The notes: generated from the letters alone by a model not told the origin. Counted from the first letter of the stretch, positions 30,448 to 41,376 are shown. The stretch: DNA of 64,000 nt from Candidatus Nomurabacteria bacterium (GCA_023267435.1 JAHFNH010000001.1:16253-80252); one strand, 5' to 3'. Program-made: numbers and translations.

Positions 30448-31107
30448 TTATCCGCGTGATTCCAAGAATTTAACACTCTCTTCTGGATTTTCTATTAAAA
30501 GGTATTGGTGATTTAATACGTCAAATGGATTTAAGTTTTTAACGAAGACTATTTCAAGCTGAGGTAAATTTCTGAAACTCTTTTCTGTTTTTTCACTGCG
30601 TCCAAATAAAGCTGTTAAAACTTTTGGCTTCTTGGAAGTTGCCAAAGTCTTAATACCAGAACCTTTTGCTAAGTTCTTCATTACATCTACAGCATCCTTT
30701 GTTTTAATACCTGAAGTTGCAAGAGAATCAACAAAAATTATTTCTCCATCTTTAAATTTTCTGGAAAGCACTGAGAAAAGGGCTTGAGCACGCATACTCT
30801 TTGTAATCTTTCTCTTGTAGTTCTTGTCTGAAAGTGGACCGTGTGTGACACCTCCACCAACCCAGATAGGAGAACGAGAAGATCCATGACGAGCACGTCC
30901 TGTTCCTTTTTGTTTCCAAGGCTTCTTTCCTCCTCCACTCACCTCTCCGCGATCTTTCGTGTCAGCTGTACCAGCACGCTTGTTTGAGCGCATACTTTGA
31001 ACAACTTGGTGAACCAAGTCAGAACGCCATTTCGCAGCGAAAACTTTCTCAGGAAGAGTTATCTTTCCGTCAGCTGTGCCTTTTTGGTTGTATATTTTTG
31101 CTTCCAT
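30448..31107 (-). CDS. rplD: 50S ribosomal protein L4
   Basis: TKDRGEVSGGGKKPWKQKGTGRARHGS. Confidence 0.97.
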   Translation of the reverse strand: MEAKIYNQKGTADGKITLPEKVFAAKWRSDLVHQVVQSMRSNKRAGTADTKDRGEVSGGGKKPWKQKGTGRARHGSSRSPIWVGGGVTHGPLSDKNYKRKITKSMRAQALFSVLSRKFKDGEIIFVDSLATSGIKTKDAVDVMKNLAKGSGIKTLATSKKPKVLTALFGRSEKTEKSFRNLPQLEIVFVKNLNPFDVLNHQYLLIENPEESVKFLESRG

Positions 31108-31115
31108 ATAAATTA

Positions 31116-31730
31116 TTATCTTGAAACTATTTCAATTAATGTTCCACGCTTTCCTGGTATTGCACCCTTGATAAGCATTGTATTGTTATCTTGATCAACA
31201 TACACAACTTTTAAGTTCTTGTAGGTTATACGATCAGATCCCATTCTGCCTGCCATTCTCATTCCTTTTGGAACGTGTGTACGTAGACCTCCTCCGATTG
31301 ATCCTGGCTCTCTTTCAGAATGTTTCTGACCGTGTGAACGAGGACCTCCGTGGAAACCGTGACGCTTCACAACTCCTTGGAAACCTTTACCTTTTGAAAC
31401 TCCTGAAACTTGTAGTTTGTCTCCTGGGGCAAAAGCTGAAACATTAATAACATCACCTTCTTTAGCATTATTTGTATCAGTAGGTTTTAATCTGAATTCT
31501 TTCAAAGTTCTGTAAAGAACTCCTTTCATCTGACCTAAGCGAGGCTTATTTACGCGATGTGCTTTCTGAGTACCGAAACCAACCTGAACAGCATTATAAC
31601 CATCCTTGGCTTTCTCGAAAACTCGAGTTACAGTCACAGGGCCGGCTGAAATAATCGTCACTGGGATGACTGTTCCGTCTTCGGAGAAATACTCCGTCAT
31701 ATTTTCTTTTGTTCCAAGAATAAATTTCAT
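31116..31730 (-). CDS. rplC: 50S ribosomal protein L3
   Basis: SKGKGFQGVVKRH, GMRMAGRMG, KGAIPG. Confidence 0.97.
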   Translation of the reverse strand: MKFILGTKENMTEYFSEDGTVIPVTIISAGPVTVTRVFEKAKDGYNAVQVGFGTQKAHRVNKPRLGQMKGVLYRTLKEFRLKPTDTNNAKEGDVINVSAFAPGDKLQVSGVSKGKGFQGVVKRHGFHGGPRSHGQKHSEREPGSIGGGLRTHVPKGMRMAGRMGSDRITYKNLKVVYVDQDNNTMLIKGAIPGKRGTLIEIVSR

Positions 31731-31746
31731 AAATTTTAAATTACTT

Positions 31747-32172
31747 CTATAACATCTTCACATCAATATCAACTCCGGAAGGAAGTGATAAGTTTGTAAG
31801 AGCTTCGATTGTTTTTGCTCCGGGGTTCAATATATCGATCACTCTTTTGTGCACTCTCATTTCAAATTGTTCTCGTGTGTTTTTGTAAACGAAAGATGCA
31901 CGGTTCACTGTATATTTCTTTATTTCAGTTGGAAGAGGTACTGGTCCGACAATAGTCGCATCATAACGCATAGCGGTATCCATGATCTGTTTTACTGACG
32001 CATCCAAGATCTTGCTCTCGTAAGCACGAACTCTGATGCGAAGTATTACCTTGCCGTCTTCTTTCTTTTCTTTAGCTTTAGGAGCTGCTTTCACAGCTTT
32101 TGCCTTTACTGTCTTTGTTGTGACAGTCTTTGCAGCCTTAGGTTTTTTTATTTTTGTTTCTGCTGTTGGCAT
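31747..32172 (-). CDS. rpsJ: 30S ribosomal protein S10 with Lys/Ala-rich N-terminal extension
   Basis: RIRVRAY, GPVPLPT, REQFEMRVHKRVIDI. Confidence 0.96.
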   Translation of the reverse strand: MPTAETKIKKPKAAKTVTTKTVKAKAVKAAPKAKEKKEDGKVILRIRVRAYESKILDASVKQIMDTAMRYDATIVGPVPLPTEIKKYTVNRASFVYKNTREQFEMRVHKRVIDILNPGAKTIEALTNLSLPSGVDIDVKML

Positions 32173-32190
32173 GAACTAATCCTGTTTTAA

Positions 32191-33387
32191 TTAAGCAATA
32201 ATTTTTGTAACAACTCCGGCGCCGACAGTCTTGCCTCCTTCACGGATAGCAAATCTCTGTGACTCTTCGAGTGCGACCGGGGTAACCAATTTAACTGTAA
32301 GTTTTACTGTATCTCCAGGCATAACCATTTCTGTTCCTTCTTCCAAAGTAACATCTCCTGTTACGTCTGTTGTACGGATGTAGAATTGAGGCTTATAACC
32401 TTTGAAGAAAGGAGTGTGACGTCCGCCTTCTTCTTTCTTCAAAACGTATATTTCACAAGTGAAATTGTCATGAGGAGTAACTGTTCCTGGTTTTGAAAGA
32501 ACCTGTCCGCGTGTAATATCTTCCTTTTTCAGACCGCGTAGAAGAATACCAGCATTGTCTCCAGCCATACCTTCTTGCAAGTTCTTGTTGAACATTTCAA
32601 TACCGGTAACTGTTGACTTCATAGTTGGTCTAATACCGACGATTTCGATATCTTCACCAACTTTGATAATACCTCTTTCGATTTTACCAGTAACAACTGT
32701 TCCACGGCCTTCGATTGAGAAGATATCTTCTACAGGCATAAGGAAAGGTTTTGCTGTATCTCTTTCAGGAACTGGGATGTATGTATCAAGAGCGTTTGTA
32801 AGTTCAAGAATTTTTTGTGCCCAAGGATCATCAATAGATGTAGCTTCAAGACCCTTAAGAGCTGATCCACGAATAACTGGAGCGTTTGCACCATCAAAGC
32901 CTTGCTTTGTTAGAAGTTCACGGATTTCTTCTTCAACCATGTCGATCATATCTTTATCATCAACCATATCGCACTTGTTTAAGAAAACAATAATCTTTGG
33001 AACACCAACTTGTTTTGCAAGCAAAACGTGTTCGCGTGTCTGAGGCATAGCACCGTCAGTAGCGGCAACCACAAGGATAGCACCGTCCATTTGAGCGGCA
33101 CCAGTAATCATGTTCTTGATATAGTCGGCGTGTCCTGGAGCATCGATGTGCGCGTAGTGACGTGCATCAGTCGCATACTCGTTGTGAGAAATGTTAATGG
33201 TGATTCCACGAGCCTTTTCTTCTGGGGCGTTGTCGATCTGACTAACATCACGAAGACGCACTGTTTTACCAGCTAAGTTAAGGACGTTTAATATTGCCGC
33301 GGTTAAAGTAGTCTTACCGTGGTCAACGTGACCGATAGTACCTACGTTTACGTGTGGCTTATCTCTTTTAAATTCTTCTGCTGCCAT
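32191..33387 (-). CDS. tuf: Elongation factor Tu
   Basis: [31 protein letters not shown]. Confidence 0.99.
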   Translation of the reverse strand: MAAEEFKRDKPHVNVGTIGHVDHGKTTLTAAILNVLNLAGKTVRLRDVSQIDNAPEEKARGITINISHNEYATDARHYAHIDAPGHADYIKNMITGAAQMDGAILVVAATDGAMPQTREHVLLAKQVGVPKIIVFLNKCDMVDDKDMIDMVEEEIRELLTKQGFDGANAPVIRGSALKGLEATSIDDPWAQKILELTNALDTYIPVPERDTAKPFLMPVEDIFSIEGRGTVVTGKIERGIIKVGEDIEIVGIRPTMKSTVTGIEMFNKNLQEGMAGDNAGILLRGLKKEDITRGQVLSKPGTVTPHDNFTCEIYVLKKEEGGRHTPFFKGYKPQFYIRTTDVTGDVTLEEGTEMVMPGDTVKLTVKLVTPVALEESQRFAIREGGKTVGAGVVTKIIA

Positions 33388-33472
33388 ATAATTTTGTTTA
33401 TTACTAATTAAGACTTAACATACGAGAACCAGTTGCTAAGGCCTAACTACTAAATTAAATTAAACTAATAAT

Positions 33473-33506
33473 TCAGCCTCTATGGCTGATTCGCCGATGA
33501 GGCGAA
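33473..33506 (+). repeat. 34-bp twin-hairpin repeat in the tuf leader
   Basis: TCAGCC-TCTAT-GGCTGA + TTCGCC-GATGA-GGCGAA. Confidence 0.8.
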
Positions 33507-33661
33507 AATTAAATTGTTTATATCACAATCAGCAATATAAAAACTGCCAAAAGTGCAGTTACGTCTCATACTATCAAATTCAAAAATAAAGTCAAATCTG
33601 GAAAATATACAATAAAAAATCCCCAATCGTTATGATACGATTAGGGACATTTTAATAATAC

Positions 33662-34645
33662 TTAGTAAAAGAAACCTGAATTCCTTTTGGATTTGCTTAT
33701 CAAAGTACCGGGCAAATCTGGCTTCCAGAAATTTTTCACGCGAAGCGGTATCTCTTTATCTTTCAACTCTTTGAGAGTTTTCGGATGAACAAGACCATAA
33801 GCAGTACCATTCGGCTCAATCATTTCCTGAAAATGATCATAAGAAAGAGTTTTGAAAAACTTTGCATCCTTTCCAGCTTTTTTAGGATTTTCAAGTCCCA
33901 CACCCGGAACGTCTTTCCATAAAACAACTTCTGTGACTTCTTCTGCTTTTAATATTCCTGAATCAACAAGCAAAGAAGCGATGAGAGCTGCACTGTAATC
34001 ACTTCCCTCACGGCCAAGAGTCGTATAACCTTCAAAATAAAATTCTGGTTTTCTGTCTAAGCGAGCACCTGCAATAAATCCTTGAGTTATAACTGGTATT
34101 TCTTTTCTTAAACAATAAATCAAACCGCAATCAAAGAGAGTTTTCATAGATTCTTCCTTAGAGACAATGGCGTTACCAAAATCTAAATTGGTCCTGATAA
34201 AATTTTTAGCCGGTATGAGTTTGTTTGAATAATCATTATCAGCCAGAAAAGCGCTAACTATCCGAGATGAAATGATTTCACCTTGAGCCATAAGCTGATC
34301 ACGAACCATTTCAAAAGAATTACATTTATTGATTCCCACAAATGATTCAGTCAGATATTTCATAATCTCCTCAAATTTAAATGGAACATCTGGTCTTTTT
34401 TTGAAAAGTTCCTTAATTATTGGTTCATTATATTTTCTAACCAATTCAAGAGACTGCTCAAAAAGATCTGTGCGATTTTCAATAATACCGCGTGCAACAT
34501 TTTCAAGTGCATTTGTTGTTTTACCTATTGCTGAAACGACAACAATATTTGGTTTTTCTTTTTTTACAATTTTTCCGCATTGCCGAAGAGAAGGAACATC
34601 TTTCAAGGAAGCTCCTCCAAATTTATGAATTTTTATTTCTAACAT
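33662..34645 (-). CDS. lysC: Aspartate kinase, catalytic domain only (no ACT domains)
   Basis: HKFGGAS, VVVSA.GKTTN, ITQGFI, TTLGREGSDYSA, WKDVPGV, HPKTL. Confidence 0.85.
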   Translation of the reverse strand: MLEIKIHKFGGASLKDVPSLRQCGKIVKKEKPNIVVVSAIGKTTNALENVARGIIENRTDLFEQSLELVRKYNEPIIKELFKKRPDVPFKFEEIMKYLTESFVGINKCNSFEMVRDQLMAQGEIISSRIVSAFLADNDYSNKLIPAKNFIRTNLDFGNAIVSKEESMKTLFDCGLIYCLRKEIPVITQGFIAGARLDRKPEFYFEGYTTLGREGSDYSAALIASLLVDSGILKAEEVTEVVLWKDVPGVGLENPKKAGKDAKFFKTLSYDHFQEMIEPNGTAYGLVHPKTLKELKDKEIPLRVKNFWKPDLPGTLISKSKRNSGFFY

Positions 34646-34818
34646 AGCTTGTTGTTTAAAGGGTTAGTATTCTGTTTTCTTAGATCTATTTTTTCTTAAC
34701 CTTACTTAAAATTTACAAACTTGTCAAACAATAACTTGCTTTTAAGGCACCTGAATAGTAAGGTAAAGAAAGAAAACAACTAGAAATCCGGTGTGTTCCG
34801 GTAAAAATAAATAGCACT

Positions 34819-35931
34819 TTGAAAATGAAACAACAATTAGCAGAATTCAAGGACATTGTGCCTATGATTCATCTCTTTTCAGGAATACTGAAAGGAACCA
34901 ATATTCTCTTTGATTTTGGTAATTCGCTCAAACTTTTGAAATATGAGGGAAATTCTCTCGAGGTGATGGAACCGAATACTTTCTCATACAGCAGACATGT
35001 TACCTTAATGACTTTTCCAAAAAGTTTTTTTGATAACAAAAAAACAAATGAGGAAAAATCTTTGCCAGCCAAACAAGAAAAAAACTTATTAAAGAAACTT
35101 CAAGCGAATATTTTAGGAACTCATATGCTTGATTTTAATTTGGATGAAGAATTTGGCATCTGGCTTCCTTCGTCATATGGCAAGGATCTATTTTTGACTA
35201 TTGCAGGAAAATATAAAGACGGCGTAGAAAAAATGGATAACCTTCCCATAATCACAATAGATCCAAGCCTTGTCGAAAAAAGATTGAAAGAAGTGACTCG
35301 TCCGGATTATTATGAAAATGTCATAGTTCCCTTTTTGGAAAATAAAAGTACAAAATTTAAAATACCTAAAGAGGAACAACCTTGGCATAATAAATTTTTT
35401 CAGACAAAGAAAGATTATGTCAGGCGAAGAATAACTGAATTGCCGAATGAATTAAAACATGGAGATTTTTTGTATGTCGGGTGTAAAGAAGAAGTATTTC
35501 TTCAGGGCTTTGTGGAAATGAACAATGAATATACGAATCGAAAAGATAACTGGTATTGCGGTGTAAGCACAAAACCAATTCTTTATTTTTCTAATAATTA
35601 TTTAGAGTTTATTTCTAAACATGATGCCGAAATGCCAAAGCATGAAGGTGAAGGTTCTGTAAATGTCGCGAATTATCGCACCTATGACATACCAGAGATG
35701 GGAGGTAAACGTTTTATCTTCCCACAAATAGGCAGAAACACTGATTGCAAAAATGGATTGTTTACAGGATATCCTGAATTAATTACAGGAAATCTGGACG
35801 AAGCCTTGAAACATTTTGCCAAAACGGATTTTGCTGAATTTTCTGATGTGGTAGAAAGGTATGCGAAAAATATGTCGTTCATACATCCATCATTGGAATA
35901 TGTAAAAAATGGAAGCAGGTATTTTTGCTAA
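34819..35931 (+). CDS. Hypothetical protein
   Basis: 370-aa ORF, divergent from lysC and convergent with fusA; no recognised motif. Confidence 0.7.
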   Translation: MKMKQQLAEFKDIVPMIHLFSGILKGTNILFDFGNSLKLLKYEGNSLEVMEPNTFSYSRHVTLMTFPKSFFDNKKTNEEKSLPAKQEKNLLKKLQANILGTHMLDFNLDEEFGIWLPSSYGKDLFLTIAGKYKDGVEKMDNLPIITIDPSLVEKRLKEVTRPDYYENVIVPFLENKSTKFKIPKEEQPWHNKFFQTKKDYVRRRITELPNELKHGDFLYVGCKEEVFLQGFVEMNNEYTNRKDNWYCGVSTKPILYFSNNYLEFISKHDAEMPKHEGEGSVNVANYRTYDIPEMGGKRFIFPQIGRNTDCKNGLFTGYPELITGNLDEALKHFAKTDFAEFSDVVERYAKNMSFIHPSLEYVKNGSRYFC

Positions 35932-35942
35932 ACACAAAAAAG

Positions 35943-35978
35943 CAAATCGCCCTCGAGTAAACTCGAGGGCGATTTTTT
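35943..35978. terminator. Bidirectional terminator between the hypothetical gene and fusA
   Basis: aaatcgccctcgagt-aa-actcgagggcgattttt. Confidence 0.8.
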
Positions 35979-35998
35979 ATTTTTAATAAATTTTTATT

Positions 35999-38146
35999 TT
36001 ATTTTCTTGCTGCGATGATTGTGTCTGCTACGTTTTGAGGCACAATATCGTATCTCAAGAATTCCATTGTGAATGACGCACGTCCTTCTGTCATAGATCT
36101 CAAGCCGGTCATGTAACCGAACATTTCAGAAAGAGGAACGACAGCTTTGATGACTTTACTCATACCACGCTCTTCCATACCTTCGATAAGTCCGCGCTTG
36201 GATGAAAGGTTTCCTGTGACGTCTCCCATGAATTTATCTGGAGTCACAACTTCAACTTTCATCATCGGCTCAAGGATAACTGGGTTAGCTCTTCGGCAAG
36301 CATCTTGCACAGCCATCGAAGCGGCGATTTTGAAAGCCATTTCGTTGGAGTCCACTTCGTGGTAAGAACCGTCCCAAAGTTCGACGGAAACATTTACCAT
36401 TTTAAATCCTGCCAAGATACCGCGATCCAAACCTTCTTTAAATCCTTTTTCACAGGCAGGAATATATTCTTGTGGAATAACTCCTCCTTTGATTGTGTTG
36501 ATGAATTCGAAACCAGGCGCTCTCTTTGTGTTCTTTGGTAGATCTTCCACTTCTTCTTTGGTCATAGCAACCATAGGCTTTACTTTGATCTTTACGTGAC
36601 CGTAGTTTCCACGTCCTCCGGATTGCTTGATGTATTTACCTTCAGCGTCAGCATTACCATTGATTGTCTCACGGTAGGCTACTTGAGGCTTACCAACATT
36701 GGCTTCCACCGTAAACTCTCTTTTCATACGATCAACAATAATTTCCAAGTGCAATTCTCCCATTCCAGCAATAATAGTCTCTCCTGTTTCTTGGTCGGTG
36801 GTCACACGGAAAGTAGGATCTTCTTGAGCCAAACGATTCAAAGCCATACCCATTTTTTCTTGGTCCGCTTTTGTCTTTGGTTCAATTCTTAGAGAGATAA
36901 CTGGTTCTGGGAAAACGATACGGTTCAACTCGATTGGATTTGCTTCATCACAAAGAGTATCAGAAGTGATAGTGTCTTTCAATCCGACAGCCGCTGCGAT
37001 TTCTCCAGCATAAACTTTCTTTACTTCTTCACGATCATTCGCATGCATACGCAAGATACGTCCGATTCTTTCTTTATTTCTGGTACGAGGATTATAAACA
37101 TAACTTCCGGCTTCAAGAGAACCTGAGTAAACACGGAAGAAAATAATTTGTCCGACGAATGGATCTGTCGCAACTTTGAAAGCCAAAGCTGAGAAAGGTT
37201 CTGTATCAGAAGCGTGACGAACTGCGGGTTCATCATTGTCTGGATTGATACCAGGGATAGGAGGAATATCTGTCGGAGCTGGAAGATAATCAACCACAGC
37301 ATCGAGCACAAGCTGAACACCTTTGTTTTTTAACGCAGAACCTGCGAAGACTGGGAAAACATTGTTGGCAATAACTGCCTTGCGAAGTGTCTTCTTAAGG
37401 ACATCCATACTAGGCTTCATTCCTTCAAGATATTCAGACATAAGGACATCGTCTTGTTCAACAATCTTCTCAACTAATTCTGCGTGATATTTTTCTGCAT
37501 CCGCTTTGTATTCTTCAGGAATGTCCTTTTCGATAACTTTGTTTCCCATGTCACCTTCGAAGTAATAAGCCTTCATACGTAGAAGATCCACGACACCTTC
37601 ATGCTTTTCTTCTAGTCCAATAGGAATCTGCATACGAACAGCTTTCTTTGTAAGTCTGTCTAAAATAGTTGCATAGGAGTGTTCAAAAGATGCACCAGTT
37701 CTGTCTAATTTGTTAATGAAACAAATACGAGGAACATTGGCTTCATCGGCATAGCGCCAGTTTGTTTCGGACTGAGGTTCTACTCCGGCCACGCCGTCGA
37801 AGACCACAACTGCACCGTCGAGCACGCGGAGAGAACGCTTCACTTCCACAGTGAAGTCGATGTGCCCAGGAGTATCAATAATATTGAAACGATGTTTCTT
37901 TGTTTTATCTGTCAGAGCGTAAGTAGGTGTCCAAAAACAAGTAACAGCGGCAGAAGTAATAGTGATACCTCTCTCTCTTTCTTGTTCCATCCAGTCTGTG
38001 GTGGTTTCCCCTTCGTGCACTTCACCTATTTTGTGTGATACGCCTGTATAAAAAAGCACGCGTTCAGTGGTGGTAGTCTTACCAGCATCGATGTGTGCAA
38101 TAATTCCAAAATTTCTTACTTTTTCTAACGGATAATCTCTTTCCAT
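35999..38146 (-). CDS. fusA: Elongation factor G
   Basis: [31 protein letters not shown]. Confidence 0.99.
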   Translation of the reverse strand: MERDYPLEKVRNFGIIAHIDAGKTTTTERVLFYTGVSHKIGEVHEGETTTDWMEQERERGITITSAAVTCFWTPTYALTDKTKKHRFNIIDTPGHIDFTVEVKRSLRVLDGAVVVFDGVAGVEPQSETNWRYADEANVPRICFINKLDRTGASFEHSYATILDRLTKKAVRMQIPIGLEEKHEGVVDLLRMKAYYFEGDMGNKVIEKDIPEEYKADAEKYHAELVEKIVEQDDVLMSEYLEGMKPSMDVLKKTLRKAVIANNVFPVFAGSALKNKGVQLVLDAVVDYLPAPTDIPPIPGINPDNDEPAVRHASDTEPFSALAFKVATDPFVGQIIFFRVYSGSLEAGSYVYNPRTRNKERIGRILRMHANDREEVKKVYAGEIAAAVGLKDTITSDTLCDEANPIELNRIVFPEPVISLRIEPKTKADQEKMGMALNRLAQEDPTFRVTTDQETGETIIAGMGELHLEIIVDRMKREFTVEANVGKPQVAYRETINGNADAEGKYIKQSGGRGNYGHVKIKVKPMVAMTKEEVEDLPKNTKRAPGFEFINTIKGGVIPQEYIPACEKGFKEGLDRGILAGFKMVNVSVELWDGSYHEVDSNEMAFKIAASMAVQDACRRANPVILEPMMKVEVVTPDKFMGDVTGNLSSKRGLIEGMEERGMSKVIKAVVPLSEMFGYMTGLRSMTEGRASFTMEFLRYDIVPQNVADTIIAARK

Positions 38147-38178
38147 ATATATTGATTGTTAATAAATGATTGATAATA

Positions 38179-38210
38179 TCGCCTCATCGGCGATCCGCCG
38201 TAGAGGCGGA
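38179..38210 (-). repeat. Twin-hairpin repeat in the fusA leader
   Basis: Minus strand TCCGCC-TCTAC-GGCGGA + TCGCC-GATGA-GGCGA. Confidence 0.8.
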
Positions 38211-38336
38211 AAAATAAAAAAGGCATAGGCCTTCGTTACGAACAATATACGACATTTGCCCCAAATTTGCAAACCTCGTCGTAAACTTACGACAGGGTAA
38301 ATAAAAAAACCTCAACATATGTAAATGCAAAGGTTT

Positions 38337-38567
38337 TTAATAATACGATTCATTTCTTGAGTCCTTAAATAATTTAACAAAATAATCCTTGTTATCAGTA
38401 AAAGTATTATCTTCGTAACCCATTCCCGTTTCTACAAAAAAAGATTCTAAAATAACAAAATAATCTTCTGCCATAGAACCACCGAAGTTTTCAATATAAT
38501 ACTTACAATATCTCAAGAAAATACCTTCTACGTGATTATCACCTGGAATCAATCTAAATTTTTCCAT
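38337..38567 (-). CDS. Hypothetical protein (cassette 5)
   Basis: 76-aa ORF with own promoter (38606-38633) and hairpin terminator. Confidence 0.55.
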   Translation of the reverse strand: MEKFRLIPGDNHVEGIFLRYCKYYIENFGGSMAEDYFVILESFFVETGMGYEDNTFTDNKDYFVKLFKDSRNESYY

Positions 38568-38630
38568 GTCCTTAAATTTAAGTTTATAAATATCTATTTA
38601 ATCTTAAATTACCATTTAAGGATAATTAGT

Positions 38631-38714
38631 CAATGCTAAACAAAAAAGCGCCCTTACGATAATCTGTAAGGACACTTCGCTTTAAAACCATGGCGTAGGT
38701 TTATCAGCATAAAT
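38631..38714. repeat. ~84-bp inter-cassette trailer/terminator repeat, copy A
   Basis: 46/50 identical to 40221-40270 over the first 50 nt; continues to aaaaccatgg...agcataa. Confidence 0.85.
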
Positions 38715-38927
38715 TTAATACTCGTATTCATAAAAAGAAAGGAAAATGAAAATTAACATAAATACTCCAATTAAACTTAAACCTGAAAGGATACTATTTT
38801 TAAAACAAAGAAAAATTCCTGCAATAAGTACAGAATACATAAATATCGCAATAATCTTTACCTTTGTTTGTCTTTCCAAATTCTTAATTTTTAAGAAAGG
38901 AAAAAGTAATATTTTAGATATTTTCAT
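38715..38927 (-). CDS. Small membrane protein (cassette 4b)
   Basis: Two hydrophobic segments; 4 nt downstream of the 228-aa ORF. Confidence 0.55.
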   Translation of the reverse strand: MKISKILLFPFLKIKNLERQTKVKIIAIFMYSVLIAGIFLCFKNSILSGLSLIGVFMLIFIFLSFYEYEY

Positions 38928-38931
38928 TGTC

Positions 38932-39618
38932 TTAAGTTTTTAGTAATGTAAATTGTGATCTGTATGATTCAAAAACTTCATAGGATTTCAAATAATCCAA
39001 GAAATAATTTATCATTTTAATTCTGTGATTTAATCTTTTGTAAGCTTTCAATTTTAGCGCGGAACGACAGTATGAAAGTTCTTGCTGAAGATAATTTTCA
39101 AATTTCTCAATTAAATCTTTACGCTTTTTAATTTCGGGACGTATTCCATTATAAAACAAAAAAGAATGCGCTAAATCAAATTTTATTTTTGAAATTCTTA
39201 ATTCCATCTCACAAGAAAAGTAAGCGACTTTTAGTTGAAAATTGGTACTACTTCTTGCAGAATATTCATCAATACCAAATGGGTCGAAATGAAAACCTGT
39301 TTTTGATTTGGTTTCATTCACAATACATTCCGTTTGTCTGTTTATTTTTTGTTTTCGTGTTTTTTTAAGATCTTCAATACACTGTTTTACATCTTTAATT
39401 GTATTCTCTATTTCTTCCATTTTTGCAATTGTTTCCGGCAAATAAAATTCATTCTTATTGATTTCAATAAAATCGATTAATTTACCTTTTTCTATTTCTG
39501 CAAGAATAAGTAAATCGATAAGCTTTTTAGATCTAAAAAAATACTCTAGTAAAAAGAGTAAGATATAAACGAACACTATAAATGCAGTAATTTTTATAAC
39601 TAAATAAAATATTTCCAT
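38932..39618 (-). CDS. Membrane-anchored coiled-coil hypothetical protein (cassette 4a)
   Basis: N-terminal TM; own promoter 39666-39693. Confidence 0.65.
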   Translation of the reverse strand: MEIFYLVIKITAFIVFVYILLFLLEYFFRSKKLIDLLILAEIEKGKLIDFIEINKNEFYLPETIAKMEEIENTIKDVKQCIEDLKKTRKQKINRQTECIVNETKSKTGFHFDPFGIDEYSARSSTNFQLKVAYFSCEMELRISKIKFDLAHSFLFYNGIRPEIKKRKDLIEKFENYLQQELSYCRSALKLKAYKRLNHRIKMINYFLDYLKSYEVFESYRSQFTLLKT

Positions 39619-39730
39619 TTTTCTTTGATTTTCAAGGAACGACTGGTTTGACTCCGTTCAAAATCACATTACCATTTTTAGACTTTTAGTCAAATAAAAA
39701 AGAGCTGAATATTTATCAGCTCTTTTACTC

Positions 39731-40150
39731 TTAGTGTACATCAAAAAATGATTCCTTTATTTTAGTAACAACACATTTACTTTTTCCTTCACCACAATCT
39801 TGTCCTGAATATGTACCGAACCAAATACCACCTTCTTTTTTATCAAAAACATACTCAATCACAGGACGACCAGTATAAGGCATTCCTTTAATTAAGTATT
39901 GTTTAGTAAAACTTAATTCGCTATCACTTAATCTAAAGTTAGTAATTTTTGATTCACCCCATTTATCGTTCATACTGCCACAAAAACCTTTTTCATTATC
40001 TTTTGATGAACCAACGATTCCATGAAACATTGCAAATATCATTGCATCTTTAATCGTTGCAACGATTCCGATACTTTGGTCATATGCTGTACCAAAAATT
40101 TTACCTTGCTGAAAAATAATTCCTTGCAAGGCATAGAGATTTCTTTCCAT
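39731..40150 (-). CDS. Hypothetical beta-rich protein (cassette 3)
   Basis: 139 aa, G.M.DKWG.S.I...LSFTKQY...W.GTY; promoter 40196-40223; terminator ~39696-39726. Confidence 0.65.
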   Translation of the reverse strand: MERNLYALQGIIFQQGKIFGTAYDQSIGIVATIKDAMIFAMFHGIVGSSKDNEKGFCGSMNDKWGESKITNFRLSDSELSFTKQYLIKGMPYTGRPVIEYVFDKKEGGIWFGTYSGQDCGEGKSKCVVTKIKESFFDVH

Positions 40151-40220
40151 ATTGTTTTTTGTTTTAAAAGAAGTTAATACTATATATTTACCCTCACACT
40201 ACCACTTTATGAAATTTAAT

Positions 40221-40300
40221 CAATGCTAAATAAAAAAACGCCCTTACGATAACCTGTAAGGACGCTTCGCTTAAAACCATGGACTGATTTTATAGCATAA
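40221..40300. repeat. ~80-bp inter-cassette trailer/terminator repeat, copy B
   Basis: caatgctaaataaaaaaacgcccttacgataacctgtaaggacgcttcgcttaaaaccatgg. Confidence 0.85.
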
Positions 40301-40313
40301 AAATTTATTATTA

Positions 40314-41300
40314 CTACAACAAAGCTCCAAGTAATTCAACTTTTTTCTTTGGATTTAATCTTCCAACCGATTGACTGCCTTTTTGTATTTTTTCAAATAC
40401 AGATTCGTTTGATTTCTTGTCACTAAAAATCTTCCATTCTTCCGGCAAATAAAGACTTTTTATTGAAAAATTATTTTTATGAAGTTGAACAATTCGTTCC
40501 TTGCCTATTTTAGGAATTAGAATTTCTTGAGTCTTACCGTTAAACAGCCTAAGGAAACTAATCAGGTGCTCATCCTTTAGGATGCCTATATGTTCTGCAA
40601 TACAATTAAATACATCTTCATTAAAAGTATAATCCTTACAATACTCATCCTGAAAAATATTTTCTAATCCGTCACCTTCAAAAAGAGACTTCTGATACAA
40701 CCAAAGTATTTTCTTTAAATACTCATTCGAGACTAAATTAAGTGCCGGAAAAAATACTCTTGGATGAACTGAAGAAAATAGATGCATGGCCTCAAAAGGA
40801 AATTCCTTTTCTTTTTTGTATAAAAAAATATCCTTTTCTCTTGCCGAAGCCGGAGCTTTGACATTTAAACAGCTACCAAATAAAAAGTTGATAATTTCTA
40901 ATACCCGTTTCGGGGAAGCTACAGAAAAGTAACGCGATAAGTTATAACCATGACCATAATGATTTTGATCATTTTTCCATCTACCCCAAGCACCACCTAT
41001 ATCAACAGAATTTTTTGCAGCGATTCTGATTAAAAGATGCGGTGGTAAAATATCAAGTAATTCTTTTTTGATTCCTTCTCCAAGATCGAAATTAATACTC
41101 CATATACTAGAAAAATCGACAGTATCAGCATCGTATTTTACAAATTCCAGAAATTTTTCCGGTGTAAGCTTATTTAACACTTTAAGATAACGCTCACTAT
41201 CAAGATCCATAAGCTCTTGATGTAATGTTTTAATTGGGAGCTTTAACACAGAACCAATGAGTTCATTGATTACCTGTTCTTTCTTTGTTTGTTTTTTCAT
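40314..41300 (-). CDS. Hypothetical alpha-helical protein (cassette 2)
   Basis: 328-aa ORF; promoter TTGACA-N16-TAGTGT at 41349-41376. Confidence 0.7.
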   Translation of the reverse strand: MKKQTKKEQVINELIGSVLKLPIKTLHQELMDLDSERYLKVLNKLTPEKFLEFVKYDADTVDFSSIWSINFDLGEGIKKELLDILPPHLLIRIAAKNSVDIGGAWGRWKNDQNHYGHGYNLSRYFSVASPKRVLEIINFLFGSCLNVKAPASAREKDIFLYKKEKEFPFEAMHLFSSVHPRVFFPALNLVSNEYLKKILWLYQKSLFEGDGLENIFQDEYCKDYTFNEDVFNCIAEHIGILKDEHLISFLRLFNGKTQEILIPKIGKERIVQLHKNNFSIKSLYLPEEWKIFSDKKSNESVFEKIQKGSQSVGRLNPKKKVELLGALL

Positions 41301-41305
41301 ATCTA

Positions 41306-41376
41306 TATTTAGTTTTAAAAGAAGTTTATATTTCGTTTATTTACCTTCACACTACCATTTTAAAATACTTTGTCAA
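41306..41376 (-). promoter_or_regulatory. Shared promoter-leader module
   Basis: 41306-41357 is 50/52 identical to 42371-42422 and partly similar to 40158-40204. Confidence 0.85.

Noticed and set aside
38627-38692. 21-codon ORF (MVLKRSVLTDYRKGAFLFSID) in the trailer repeat
   Set aside because: The second copy has a 1-nt indel that shifts the frame, so the ORF is not conserved.
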